Assembly: GCF_963506605.1 (NCBI RefSeq)
Contig: NC_083283.1
Span: 52,700,001-52,764,000, forward strand
DNA from: Zootoca vivipara
Taxonomy: Eukaryota
Length of the DNA: 64,000 nt
Direction: 5' to 3'
Each line of letters begins with the position of its first letter. The first letter of the stretch is position 1. The translations under genes were made by a program, and so were the position numbers. The notes below the pieces were generated by a model. It worked only from the letters and a program-made list of their open reading frames with translations. It made no database searches and was not told the origin of the DNA. This document shows, one piece after another, positions 1 through 12,525 of the stretch.

Positions 1-1899
1 TGCTCGCTTCTTTTATTCAAAGCTCAGGAGCTCATAATGAGGTGGATCAGATCGAAGGCAGATCTTGAAATTAGTTTTCTAGAAAGTTTTCTAATGCATT
101 CCGTGGATGTGTGCAAGCATATAAAGAATTTCATGAAAGAATGCAAACCGAACAACCAGCTTTAACACTGCCTTTGCAAGTCAGACTTTTAGGCACCTCT
201 GCCCAAGACTGCTATTTTAATTGGCCATTTAACAGCTCTCTTCTTCAAGCGCAGCCATTTTGAGCTTCCCCCTCTTTCCTCCCCCTAGTAAACAAGGCTA
301 TACCTGACAAAAGGAAATGGCTGGAGGTATCTCTTCACAAAGCCCCTCGTGATGTTCCCCTGACATGTGCTGTCCCAGTTTTATAAATTAGAAATCTGGT
401 CATCTCATTTTAAGTCTCTAAGCAATGCCAGCTGTCTCGCATCTCCAATACTTCCAAGATGCTTTGAAGCTCTTTCTGTATTCTGTTGGCAATATTTGTG
501 CAGAAAGATTTGAAGAATATAATAGCTGAAAAAGGTTACATGGGATCACGTAATTGACAGCAGCAATATAAAATATTGCCTGCTTTCTGTTTTGTAACAA
601 AGTAGATATTGCTTTCTTTAAGGTTGGATAAGAAACAAAAAAGTACAGTCGGAATGTCTGTTCTGCTAACTTTCTTAACTTAAAGAAGGAAATCTGTATT
701 GTTAAATGCCATTCCTCTCGCTGTGTACATGAGTCATCATTCCACACAGCTTTCTTCCCCCTTTCTTTTATGTTTCCTTACAATGATGAAGGATAACTTG
801 TGCTACTGTAAACGAAGCCGACACACACATATATGGGAAGATAAGGATGCATTTAAATTGTGGGTGTTTATCGTGATGAAAAAAAAATATGACATTTACT
901 GAGGCCATATTTTTAAAAATGTATTAAGGATGAAGTAAAGGAAGTGAGCAACTGGAAGCTCACTTTGGAGACTTGAACAAAGGGCCTTTGCTCAGGAGAA
1001 TACTACATGGTTTGAGCATTTTTTCAATTTGAGGGCCCATCTCCACTCAAAGAATGGTAGGTAGCAGAGACATCTTGGCTCTGCCGGGGTCCCAGAGTTC
1101 ACCAGTGTTGATGTTTGCCTCACCATGTCAAGTGGTAAGTGGCTATTAGTTCCTGTTTTACATTTTCCACAGTGTCCCAGGGCACCTGGCATAGTGGAAC
1201 ACCCTGGAGCATTGTGGGAAATATAAAATGGTGGCTTATAGTTTCCTGTTGTATGTGGGGGCCACCTACATACTTTGATGGCGCTGAGCAAAGATAAGGT
1301 GCCAGAGAGCCTCTGGCAGACAGCCTAGTAGCAATTTCCATTGAAACATCACGATTCATACATTTATATCATAAGGAGCAAACACCCTATATCTCTGGAA
1401 ATCCAATGTATAACAGGAAACCTGCTTTCATGCTGTACAGGATTCCCATGCCCTGAAAATAAGCCACCACTTCTCTGTCATGTAATGAAGGAAGATCTGC
1501 TATGCCTGCTACAAACTTTGAGAAATTTCAAGGAGTCTAACAACAGATTATATGTATTTGCAATATTAATTTGCAAGATTCATTTCTTCTTTCTAGCAGC
1601 TTTGTGATGCTTGAATCCTTGTATTTCAAAGACAGCATAATAGAAGCACTCTTCAGGCATTTAAAAGAATGTGGGTGGGGTTAAAGTGGGAAGGGTGTAT
1701 GCATGCTAGCCCCACCTCCAATGTCCCTCTGTGCACCTGCTCCTTACCTGAACTTTGTATGGACCCATTTCAATCCTGCTTCAAGCCCAGACATGGCACT
1801 GAACTGCCTAAGGATGAACTTTGCTGGGCTGGGAGAGAGAGAGGCTGCATGCAACCATGTTGCCTCTCCAGAGCTCCTACCTCCAAGGCCAATTTCCAC

Positions 1900-2090
1900 T
1901 GGAGGAACTATTGCTCAGCACCTTGAGAGCTAACTTGCGGGGTTCTTGAGGGGTCAATCTTTTCTCCTATGCTCATCAACATCTATATGAAGTTCCTGGG
2001 AGATGTCATCAGAAGATTTGTAGTGGGGTATCATCAGTATGCTAATGACACTCAGCTCTCTATCTACACATTCCTTTGAACTCCCGAAGA
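1900..2090 (+). mobile_element. Degenerate L2-clade LINE reverse-transcriptase fragment
   Basis: From ~1936 it translates CGVLEGSIFSPMLINIYMKFLGDVIRRFVVGYHQYANDTQL, matching the GVPQGS..SP.LFNIY and YADD RT motifs of L2/CR1 ORF2. Confidence 0.85.
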
Positions 2091-3900
2091 GGCTTTTTAG
2101 TATCACATGCAGTTCTGTCTTTAAAACTATAAAGCTAAACCTACAGATTCTTTATTCAAATGAAAGTCCAATTGAATTTAGTGGGATATGCATCAAAGGA
2201 AGCATAAGTAAGTTTGTATAAAAAACCTTTTTTCAAAAAGGAAATGGTGTTACTGGTCTTGGTTAATGGTTTACAATGATGGTCAACTGAGCATTTTCCT
2301 GGTCGACAATGAGTCAGTATTCAGTAGTCAGCTTCAGAAACACCCATAATTAACAAAGTCATAATTCTAAGAATCCTTCCAATGCTTCATAGTATGTATC
2401 CAGCTTTCTCATCGACCTCTTTTCATTCCCACTAGCCAGGTGAACCCCTGCAATTATGAATTCTTGGAGGAAGACTTCCCGGAAGATCAATCCTAAGGGT
2501 GTGTTTAGTTGACTGGTCAACCAAGGCAGATGAGTTTTGTGTAACTGGAAATCTACCATCCCTTTATTTGCAATGAATGAAGATGTGTGATTCTTTTGGG
2601 GGCAGTTCTTTCCTAAAACCGAAGCAGTGGATTTCTACTTGCCCACAAACTGTAGTCCAGGCTTGCCTATACAATATCAGGTCCTGATTGATGTGCCTTT
2701 GTAGAGGCTTCCTACAGACCTCTGTGTAGGCCTAGCTACTGCCATTCCAATCATCATCAGCACAGGAGATCTATTACAGTAGTGCTTAGGAAAATTCCCA
2801 TAAATCCCTTAGAAAAGCTAGCCACCAATCTGTTGCTAAATCCCAGTTTGAGAAGTATTCAGCAGCTACCCTAAGTAAACTAGGGTGACTTTTAGAACAC
2901 TTATTAAAAGGCTTGCCAGATCAAAGATGTTTGCGTGTGTGCATTTTGAAAGGTTTTGAAATTGCAGAATGCAATGCTTGAAATTAAAGGGGGATATGCA
3001 TTGCAGCAACAAACTGTTAATCAAATGCTTACTTATATCCAGGCATTCTTTTTATTTGTTCTGAAACAAATAATGCCTGTTTGTTGGTAGGAAGAATATT
3101 TCCTTTCATCATCTGTGTCCATCTGGTTCTCAGTAGAATGCTGGAGGATAATAAGTTATGGGAACATAAGGGGAACAATATGCTTGAATGTATACAAACC
3201 CCTCTCACCAATCAGATTTGAAAAATATAATCAGAAGAGAAGGAATTAGTTGCCACCATCAAACTTGAACTAACTCCCCCCCCCAATCATTAGAAGTATT
3301 TCCTTGGTTATTTTGGACAGAGAAAAATACCTGGGTGACTTATATTTTTGGGCCCCAAACAATTCTGGGTCACATGCCACATTTTGCGATCTGCCTGTTT
3401 TCACACAGTACAGATCACTTACCCGACAATGAGTTAATGTCTTTATTCTGCATTGCTAATCTCATATGCAAAGTGTTCTGCACGTTATTGGGAGCACATT
3501 ATTATACCCTTGATTCATGTTAGGCAATCATTATGATTTCAGGACTTGAAGTTATTATTAACTAAATTTATGGACTGCCTTCCACCTGAAAAGGGTTTTT
3601 AAAAAGTCTGCAGGAAAATAAATCAAAACAATAAGGAAACAAAAAAAAAACCGGCTTGCACAGAGACAAGGCACAAAACTGCACAATACTCTCAATCTCC
3701 TTTAACAAGAAACTATTAACCATCCAATCTTCCCTTTGCAGTAGCATATTTAGGTATCAGGACCTGCCAGAGGAATGATGCATTTTAGTCTGTCTTTGGA
3801 AGCTGTGTGTATGAATCCCCTCCCTGACTCTTAGGGTTTAGAGGGATTAGACATTAGGAGAAGGTTGGACCAGCTTCCTTTCTTAAGTGCAGCTTTGACC

Positions 3901-4351
3901 TAGAGAAAAATGGACAGTAGAGGTCTGGACCAATTATCTGTTTGAATTTATTCAGTCAGACATCGTGGCAGTAACGTCACAGGATATAACATGGAAGGCC
4001 AAGTCTACTGTGATAAGGACCAGATGGAACCCCTATCTTCAATGGATAACAACTACTGGACCAGAAGACATTCAGTGGAAATTAAAGACATTGTGCCCGT
4101 GGCTGAGGACAACTGCTTGAACCCTTCCAATGGATTATGGGTGAGGGAGGGGGTGGGAAGGGAAAGAAAAAATGGTACGGGAAATTAAACATTGGAAGGA
4201 GAGAATATAATGTATGTAAAAATTCTCGTACTTCAATAAAAATCTTTTTTTAAAAAATCAATAACACATTGTGAAATCTTGATGCAGGACATTTTCAGTG
4301 CTATTTTTTAAAGTAATGGTCCAAACTGTAAAAATAAAAATAATTTTTGAA
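3901..4351 (+). mobile_element. 5'-truncated L1/Tx1-like LINE 3' end with 16-bp TSD
   Basis: TSD aagtgcagctttgacc at 3885-3900 and 4352-4367, preceded by TT. Open frame 3902-4120 (REKWTVEVWTNYLFEF...RWNPYLQW...*) has the Trp spacing of L1 ORF2 C-termini. G-rich 3'UTR, AATAAA and A-rich tail follow. Confidence 0.8.
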
Positions 4352-4582
4352 AAGTGCAGCTTTGACCAATCAAGGGAACTGACATGGCTGAGTCCCTTTA
4401 AGGCAGATTTTCTCAACCTACAGTTCAAAGTTGTAGTGGCAACCTGCCCACCCAGCTGAGTTCTGGCTATTAGGTCTTGCAGCAGGATTATGTGTGTGTT
4501 CTCACGGCAAAATTAGTCCCAGTAATAGAACTTTTCTCTATTTACTCTACATTGATACATCAGTTGAATTCATTGATGAGCA

Positions 4583-4714
4583 TCATAGAATTGTAGCGTT
4601 TGACGGGACCATGGTGATCAACTCCCTGCAAGGCAAGAAACTTTAGCCCAACATGGGACTCAAAGCCCTGACCCTGAGATGAAGTGTCTCACACTCTACT
4701 GACTGAGATATCCC
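4583..4714 (-). mobile_element. Diverged tRNA-Lys-headed SINE with CR1-type tail
   Basis: The reverse complement has a tRNA-Lys-like head (tcagtcagtagag...tctcagggtc) and ends in an attctatga CR1-type tail. Confidence 0.65.
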
Positions 4715-4761
4715 TCACCTTCATGAAACATCTGTATGGTGAAAGGAGAATTGTGTCATAG

Positions 4762-4992
4762 CTACTCCCTACATTTAACGCATTCTGATATCACTTTAAC
4801 AGTCGTGGCTCCCCCCCCAAAATAATAATCATGGGAAATGTAGTTTGTTAAGGGTGCTGGGAATTGTCCTGGGAGAGCTCTCCTAAAAGCTCTCAGCATC
4901 TTTAATAAACTATAGTTTTCGGAATTCTTTGGGAGAAGCCAGAACTGTTAAAGTGGTGTAAGAGTGCTTTAAATATCGGGTGTGGATGTCGC
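4762..4992. mobile_element. Palindromic non-autonomous DNA transposon (MITE, Harbinger-like)
   Basis: Imperfect long inverted repeat (cactttaacag...tgtagtttgttaagggtgctg / ctcagcatctttaataaactatag...ctgttaaagtgg). A related copy lies at 19830-20570. Confidence 0.6.
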
Positions 4993-5059
4993 CCCAGCCC
5001 CCTTTATTGGCATTAAGATTTGCACACTTAAGCTGATGGTGCTGTCAGGCTTCCTCTGC

Positions 5060-5149
5060 CATAGCTGCCAAGTTTTCCCTTTTCTCGCGAGGAAGCCTAT
5101 TCAGCATAAGGGAAAATCCCTTTAAAAAAGGGATAACTTGGCAGCTATG
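5060..5149 (+). mobile_element. 90-bp hAT-type MITE, copy 1
   Basis: TIR catagctgccaagtt / aacttggcagctatg, flanked by direct repeat ttcctctgc. Near-identical copies at 6844 and 46734. Confidence 0.9.
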
Positions 5150-5417
5150 TTCCTCTGCACACCTTTCAGTTGTTTGGGGAATAAAGACCAAACCCACTGA
5201 GTAAATATCCGAACCATCTGTATCTCTGATCTATTCCTTTGAGCCAAGGTGGAGACAGCCATCTGAGCCAGCCATTTCCTTTTCTGTACAACGCCTCTGC
5301 GAAGAAACTTCATTATCAAAATGGCACCACAGAGGTGGATCTGGCAGTGCAGAGGTGCATTGTATAGCCTCTGCTGTATGTTGAAGGCATAGCTTTTACC
5401 TGATCTTCACTTATCTA

Positions 5418-5590
5418 GGCAACTGGATAGCTCAGTTGGTTAGAGCATGGTGCTGATAACACCAAGGTCCTCGTATGGGTTTGATCCTCGTATGGGACAG
5501 CTGCATATTCCTGCATTGCAAGGGGTTGGAGTGGATGATCCTCAGGGTCCCTTCCCACTGTACAGTTCTGTGTCTCTATGTACTCATATG
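5418..5590 (+). mobile_element. tRNA-Ile-headed SINE with CR1-type 3' tail
   Basis: Head tagctcagttggttagagcatggtgctgataac resembles tRNA-Ile (box A). Tail ggatgatcctcagggtcccttccc...ttctgtg resembles a CR1 3' end. Confidence 0.8.
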
Positions 5591-5616
5591 ATACTTATAT
5601 CTTATTAACGCTATAT

Positions 5617-5749
5617 CAGGGATAGCCAATGTGGTGCCCTCCAAATATTGCGAGACTATACTTCTCATCATCCCTGACTGGCTATGCTGGCTGGGACAGA
5701 TGAGAGATGGAATCTAGCAACATCTGGAAGGAATCATGTTGGTTACCCC
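5617..5749. mobile_element. Old hAT-Charlie-like palindromic MITE
   Basis: cagggatagccaat ... gttggttacccct termini with a gactac-type internal palindrome. Relatives at ~30137, ~31263 and ~42363. Confidence 0.55.
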
Positions 5750-5883
5750 TAGGGCTTTTTTTCAGCTGGAACTCACCGAACTCCGTTCCAGCTCCTCTCA
5801 GGTGGGCGCCATTGCAATTCTAAGAGAATGGGGGAGGTGTTCATGATGAGTTCCGACACCTCTTTTTATAAAAAATAGCACTG
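5750..5883. mobile_element. hAT-like non-autonomous element
   Basis: Termini tagggctttttttc / aaaaaatagcactg, with an imperfect 8-bp flank gttacccc/gttattcc. Confidence 0.55.
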
Positions 5884-5921
5884 GTTATTCCATTTGCTAA
5901 ATCATCTTAATTCTCTCCTTT

Positions 5922-6176
5922 TGAGAGTCAGTGTGGTGTAATGTAGGAGCAGTGGACTCGTAATCTGGGGAACCGGGTTCGCATCCCCACTCCTCTGCAT
6001 GCAGCTGCTGGGTGACCTTGGGCTAGTCACACTTCTCTGAAGTCTCTCAGCCTCATTCACCTCACAGAGTGTTTGTTTTGGGGAGGAAGGGAAAGGAGAT
6101 GGTTAGCCGCTTTGAGACCCCTCAAGGGGAGTGATAAAGCAGGTTATCAAATCCAAACTCTCCTTCCCCTTCTTCC
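5922..6176 (+). mobile_element. Squamate tRNA-derived SINE (Squam3-like)
   Basis: Box A/B (gtggtgtaatg; gggttcgcatcccc), CORE-like gtgaccttgggctagtcac, L2-like tail agccgctttgagac, and a pyrimidine (ctt) end. Confidence 0.75.
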
Positions 6177-6843
6177 CATCATTCTTACAAAAAGATTATG
6201 CATGCGCAAGATGTAAAGCACCTCTAATCTCACATCTGAACTTCTCTTGCGTCAGCCCTTGGAGTAATAACACACTGTTTATTTACTTGATATCTTTCTG
6301 CCTTGATTTTTGGGTAAGGCCTCACAAGGCAGTTCACAATTTAAAAAGTCACAAAACCAAACAGTCGAAGAAGTATAATAAAAACAACATTGGATGAAAG
6401 CAATTGTAAATGTCAGATTACATAGGGGGGCAGAAATGAAATGAATAAAGATCTTGGCAGAATAATAATGATAAATCATTTAGGAACTGCTTAAGGGTCC
6501 CTAATACTTGAGCACGACAAGTAACTTTTTGCAGAACCCCAGATGCAATGCAGCCACAATGCAACAGCTTTAATTAAAAATACATAGACACAAAAGAATT
6601 CTTCTTAAAAGAAATGAACTGAGGGTATTAAGGTGAACTGATCGGCAGCCATATCCTGCTGCAATCAAATTTGCGGCTAGGTTGTCTATGGAAGTCAACA
6701 GCACTAAATCAGGAGATGGAACAGAGGTCCTTTAACAGATTCTACACAAACCTAAAAATGTTTAGGTTCTCTCAGCAGACCAAAAAAAAAAAATGTTCGT
6801 TGTGATATTAGCTCCAATTGTGTTAAAAGGGAATAGTCATTTC

Positions 6844-6933
6844 CATAGCTGCCAAGTTTTCCCTTTTCTCGTGAGGAAGCCTATTCAGCATAAGGGAAAA
6901 TCCCTTAAAAAAAGGGATAACTTGGCAGCTATG
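6844..6933 (+). mobile_element. 90-bp hAT-type MITE, copy 2
   Basis: Same TIRs as 5060, with perfect 8-bp TSD gtcatttc. Confidence 0.9.
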
Positions 6934-7059
6934 GTCATTTCTTTGGACATAACATTTATTTATTTATTTTAAAATAACCACAGTTCCTTCAAAATTATGC
7001 CTTAGCAAGAGCATGTTTAGCTGGAGTCCTACCCCATACTACACTTTAACGCAACAGAT

Positions 7060-7210
7060 GATTCACATGAGGAAGGTTTTATCTTCAATATCCACAGAGG
7101 GCTGGGAAAAAAACCCGTCAAAAACCCTGGAAATCTGCTGCCAATCACTGTAAACGATACTGAACTAGATGGACCAATGGTCTGTCTCAGTATAAGACAG
7201 CCTCTACAGT
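7060..7210 (+). mobile_element. Diverged SINE with CR1-type tail
   Basis: 3' motif actgaactagatggaccaatggtctgtctcagtataag is shared with copies at 52670 and 61680. Confidence 0.6.
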
Positions 7211-8439
7211 CAATATAGTTGAGTAACAACATTCATGAAGCTGACTCAAGGTTTGCCAACAGAGCAAACACTGTTCAAACCACACTTTCCATGATGGCCC
7301 CCCCCTCTGCTGTGATGTTGCAAAACAGAAACCCTCAATTTACTTTTTTATATGGTGTTCAGTGCATATGTCTGCGGGTTCCTTTAATTAAGGGGAGCAT
7401 AATAAAAATACTTGCCAGTGGGCATTTCAGGGGTAAAAGTGATAAGCTTCTGAAAAGATCCATAAAATATTTATTAAAGTCTCCACAGCATGCATAAGAT
7501 AGACGCCAAGGAGGGGTGACAGTGATTAAAACGTTCAGCTTCTACCCTGAGATATGCGGAGCTTTTAATGTACTGAATATAGATTGCATGATGAAGAATC
7601 CTAACTGTTTACCTCCTGTGGTTCCTCACAACAGGAGGGGGAATGAATATACCACATTCATGGAGGCAAAATAGGGGGCATTGAGACTCAGCAGAGAAGG
7701 AGAGCTTCCATTTTCTCCCTCTGGCTGTGCATATATTAACAATGCTGATGGGCATTATTAATATAATGCTGGTTGGGTTTCATCTTTTTTTTTTAGACTA
7801 AAGAATCTGACTCGTCTATTCATTGGCAATTCTTAGAGGAGCACCTTCAAATAAAACACTAGGATGGGATTTTTTGAAAGGTTCAAGCTCCCTTATCCAA
7901 AACTATCTCCTCGTTTGCAGGACTTCTTAAGAATTCCTCCTTAATTCAAGAAGGAGCAGATCGAGTTTCAGAGCAATGGGGTGCTGATGGCTGGCCTTAT
8001 ATTTGTGTTTCCTACAAAGCACACTCTTGGCAGTCAGATCGAATTGGCTCCCCTTGACATTCTTTCATTCTCCAGCTCCTCAACTCCTGAATCATTCATC
8101 CCCCTTCCTTCTATAGATGTAGCCCCAGGAAGCCAGGGGAACCTACTTCAGGGTGCTACAAGTGGGGAAAATCTCTAGAGTGATCAAAATCACAACATTC
8201 TTCTTAGAAAAAGAAGTTCAGAATATTTTCTTTTCTTTTCTTTTCTTAGCAGCAGCCCAGAGGCAGATGATTATTAAGGTATGGGCACATTTTATATTCC
8301 TTGAACTGGTAGGGTTAAAAAACAACAACCAAGGGTACAAGAACAGATGAAAAACAAATTCTGACATCAGGAGTATTGGGCTATATAGGTTCCAGGATAT
8401 CTGATATCCATACCAGGAACTTAGGCACCCTCGGAAAAT

Positions 8440-8770
8440 ACGTTGCATCCTTGTTGCTAACAAGTAGACAGGATTATGTTACTCCAACCCTCAAAGCACT
8501 GCTCTGGCTGCTGGTGAATGATTTGGCCTGATGTGTGTCCACATTAGTGCATAAAGCCCTGAATGACTCAGGGCTCAGTATTTGGAGTACCTCCCCCAAT
8601 CCTTCCAAACTGAGCCTTGATGATTAGCAGGAGTCTCATGGTCCTGTTGGCTGGTGTGGCGTGTGGGATAGTGAGATGAGACAGAGCCTTCTCAGTGGTG
8701 GGATCCCATTTATCAAAAATCACTTGGCCACATTAGGAGCATTCATTTGTTTAGGCCTTTGGACAATTTC
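8440..8770 (+). mobile_element. Old L2 ORF2 3' fragment
   Basis: Degenerate translations resemble the H.TP.L..LHWL and RAFSV L2 C-terminal motifs. Confidence 0.6.
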
Positions 8771-9674
8771 ATTTTACCATGTTGAATTAGATCCAGGGGT
8801 GGACCCTGGTAATTTTTTTGGTAATATGTGAGGCCAAAATTTGATCCATAATCTTCTCAATTATGGATCTTCTCAATTTTGTCCCCCTTTGGCTCAGCAC
8901 CCTGTGCAGGGAACTGCCCGCACAGCCCTAAATTTAGTGGTGTCAGAGCCATAGGACTGAGCTAGCAGTTGTACAATTGGTCAAGTAAGAGAATCCTTTG
9001 ATATGATCCTTTTTCTTATGCTCCATTCCCACAAGGTATCTTAGGTATACGGAGACAAAACTTCAGTGACAGCATAACACATTTTTATGCTGGAATCTGC
9101 ACACTGCTCCAACTGCAAAATGGAATAAGCTACACCACAATTTGCAGCAAGGCTGGGATTGTTTCTGGGTTGATTACCAGTCCATGATATCAATGTTGCT
9201 TCTTCTTTCTTACTGGAATCCAGGTACTGATATGTCCTAAGGTGAAGAGGAGCATTTCATATTTCTGGGGAGCTCTCTTATCCATACAGATAATTTTGAT
9301 ATTTTTGTATACGTGTGTCCACCAGCAGAGGGGGGAGAGAAACAAAGATCAACTGGCCTCTATTAGTTAATTTTCCTTCTGTGAGTTCAACAAGCAGCAT
9401 GAGAAGCCTTGCAGGTTTTACAAAGCTAATGTGCACATTGGTTCTGTCAATTCTTTATTTCTCTCCCTCTCTCCAGCTGGGAAAGGGAGAGAGAGAGAGA
9501 ATGCACTGGGAAAAACAATATCTGAAACAAAGCTTATTTCATTCCCTTGAGTTATATGGACATATGCAGCAGAATAATGTTCTCCATTTCTGTTATTTAT
9601 TATCAAAGGAACGTAGACAATAATTTTGTTTCTCTTGCACAGTTCTATATACTGATTTACTTATTTGGACATTG

Positions 9675-9675
<1 letters not shown>

Positions 9676-9710
<35 letters not shown>

Positions 9711-9722
9711 ACGCGCGCATGC
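9676..9722. repeat. (GT)n microsatellite extending into alternating purine-pyrimidine tract
   Basis: Direct reading: gtgt...gtgcacgcgcgcatgc. Confidence 0.95.
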
Positions 9723-11024
9723 ATTCTATAGCGTCTGTTTGTTAGATTCTTTAAAAAATCACCATATTCGAGAATGATCGACCATATCCGCAAGATTTTA
9801 TTATTTTCATTTTTTTACTATTCGCAGCAAAAATTCAAATGCAGAATATGTGTGGGGGAAAAGACAGCCTTTTGTTTAACCATTGTTGTAATTAGCTTTC
9901 CCTGGGCAGAGCAGCAGCCAGACCTCTGGCTGACTGGTGATAACAGTCATCCCAGAGAGAAAAATCTAAGTTTCCAGTGCCATAGTCACTGTTTACTGTA
10001 GCTTAGGCTCTTTAACAGCAGCAGGCATATTGTTGCTGAAGAACAAGAGCTACCAGACACGGCACAAATGAAAAGGTTTACTAATACAATAGTGCATTGA
10101 CAGGGTGGAGTGATTGGAGCATGTCAGGTGTGCTGAACAACAATATGGCTAACACAGCAACCAGCAAACAAAACTGGTTGTTCTGCTTCAAGCATTGGTG
10201 GTTGGTGCCCATTGGGGGTGGTAGGGAAGACGGCAGGGAGCCCAACAGTAAGTGGAGCTAGACCCAAGGATAGGTGGAGTCAACTCTAGTTTTCTTCCCA
10301 CCTTCCTCCTTGCTGAGTTCTAAGCAGGAAGAGGAAGGTGATAAGCAGAGCCATCCCATGGAGTTGGGATGGTTGGCTGAGGGCAGATGGGGGTTGGTGG
10401 GGCAATACCCCATTTGCCCTAATAAACCAACTACCACTAGCACCAACCCTGTTCCTGTTGAGGGAAAGAGCTACTTGAAACCTTCTCAACTTTATGCCAA
10501 TGCATTATTAAGAAAGGAAGAAACTCTACTATTGTATTTTAAAGCAGCTTCTTAAATTATAAGTATTACAACTGCATGAGATACATTTTTAATTTTGCTT
10601 TACAATATTTACCCCCCCTCCTGATAGTGGTGCTTAATTGGCATATTAGGAAAGCATAATCAACACACCAATACATGAATTTAATATTTGGCTAGCATTT
10701 CTAGCATTTGAAATAACCTTTTCCATGGTACGTGATCAGTTTAACTTTAGAGAAAGCACTTCCTCTGCTAATTGGATACCACTGGACTATTAAAAGGGCA
10801 GCTAAGTATCAAACATTAATGTGGTTCTTAAAAGTGACAGGACCATTTGCCATGCGCTTGGTTTTGCAACATAAGCAGTCAAAGTAAATTAGCATGTTAT
10901 TCAAGGTTTTGTCTCAGGTCGTCTGTGATTTGATGATACTGTAAGAGGGGCTGTGTGTGGGGTTACATTGATTTTGTCTCTTCAGCAGCTCTGTAACATG
11001 ACTGACCCTGCAGGATGCAAATAT

Positions 11025-11127
11025 CTATTCCAACCTCCTGCAATGCAGGAATCTTTTGCCCAAAGTGGGGCTCAAACCCACAACCCTGAGATTAAGAGTC
11101 TCATGCTCTACCAACTGAGCTATTCCA
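11025..11127 (-). mobile_element. tRNA-Lys-headed SINE fragment
   Basis: Reverse complement tagctcagttggtagagcatgagactcttaatctcagggttgtggg is tRNA-Lys(CTT)-like and is followed by ttcctgcattgcag SINE body. Confidence 0.75.
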
Positions 11128-11589
11128 GAAGGTCAAAGTAGTGCTGGTGCCCAAATACATACAGTTGAAGGACACTAAAAAAAATCCCTATGCCTAAGGG
11201 GAAGACCAAGCAGAGCAGGAAACCAGTAGTTGAATGAGCCTGTATAGTAACAGTAGAAGCAGAGGCACCCCCATCCACCTACCCATTTGTTCATAGGGCC
11301 TCCTGTTTAGGCTAGAGGAACAGCAGATAGGAAAGGAGAAGGATTGAATTGATGGTGTGTAGGTGATACCATGTTGTGGCCCAGCAGGTGGAAGAGAAGT
11401 TAGGGCTTAGGTGACAATGGAATAGTCAATGAACCAGGGTTTTGCTGTTTGAGATAAGGAGACACATCAGGGCCTCCACAAAGAATAATATATTTCATGG
11501 AGAAGGTGGTTGTCCATCTCTAAGGGGGAGAACATTTGTGTTAGAAGTGTAGCTGTGGTATTTAGGGGCTAGATGACAGGAGTTGGTGG

Positions 11590-12116
11590 CAGTGGCGGAG
11601 CATATGCCCATGCTGCCAGGGTGGGCGCGTTCCCAGTGAGTGCGGGGACACGCTCCCGGGAGGCATGGAGGGTGCCCTCCCAGGCACGGGATACCCGCAT
11701 GCACACCCACCGATCCTGCTTCCATCCTCTCCCCTTCTCACTTGCCTGCCTCCTTCCCGTCCTCTCCCCTGCCTGCCTGCCTCCTCCAGCCAGGAGCATG
11801 GGGCAATGGCACACCGCCTGCCCATGGCACCCGTGCCTACTGCCAGCCATCAGGGGAAGGGGGAAGCTGCTGCGCTGTGCTCCCGGCTGGAGGAGGCAGG
11901 CAGGTAGGGGAAAGGATGGGAAGGAGGCAGGCGAGCGGGAAGGGGAGAGGAAGGAACCGGCAAAGCGGCGCAGGAGCTCCCTCCTTCCCCCGACAGCTTG
12001 CGGTAGGCATGGGAGTCTGAGTTGTGGGCGGGAGGTGCACTGAATGTCACCCCTGCTCAGGGATGGACACCTGGAGCAGTACACCCCTCCCCTGCACCCA
12101 CCTTTCTCCACCAGTG
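11590..12116. mobile_element. GC-rich hAT-like non-autonomous element with internal inverted repeat
   Basis: Termini cagtggcggag / ctccaccagtg, flanks gttggtgg vs gctggtag (6/8). The pyrimidine arm 11714-11798 pairs with the purine arm 11878-11962. Confidence 0.7.
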
Positions 12117-12525
12117 GCTGGTAGAAGGGCAGGGGGACAGCATCAGTTACAGCTGACGTAGCAGAAACATCAGCCCTGCCAGATATTGCAAAAGTTACTA
12201 AACAGCTTGGATGCAGAGTGCTTGGATTCAGAAACTGTTGGAACATTAGAATGTGTTCCATGGATGTCTGCATAGAAGCCTGTTAGGAAGGCATGAAAGG
12301 GCAATGTATGCACCCTAACTGTAGGTAGCCATATTCTCAGTCATATCATACCCAGAGGAATGTCTGGATCCATTTGCCTGAATAAACCAGACACACCAGA
12401 TACATGAAGTGGTGTAAACTTGACCAGCTGAAGGCCGGGTCTACACTTCTTATCTCATGAAGACTTACCTGCACTCTTACTCCGCACTCTTATCTTATGA
12501 AGTGGTTTGAAAAAGATGGTGAAGG

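Noticed and set aside
2260-2620. Faint resemblance to a retroviral/Gypsy integrase core (LVDNESVFSS ~ SDNG.QFTS)
   Set aside because: Too diverged, with stops and frameshifts, to distinguish from chance by eye. It needs a translated profile-HMM search against the rve domain.
11495-12273. Cluster of long overlapping ORFs (up to 234 aa)
   Set aside because: Low-complexity GC-rich transposon sequence, open on both strands, with no domain motifs.
12460-12500. Perfect - strand donor cag|gtaagt
   Set aside because: Lies in a MITE-like fragment with no matching acceptor or ORF.
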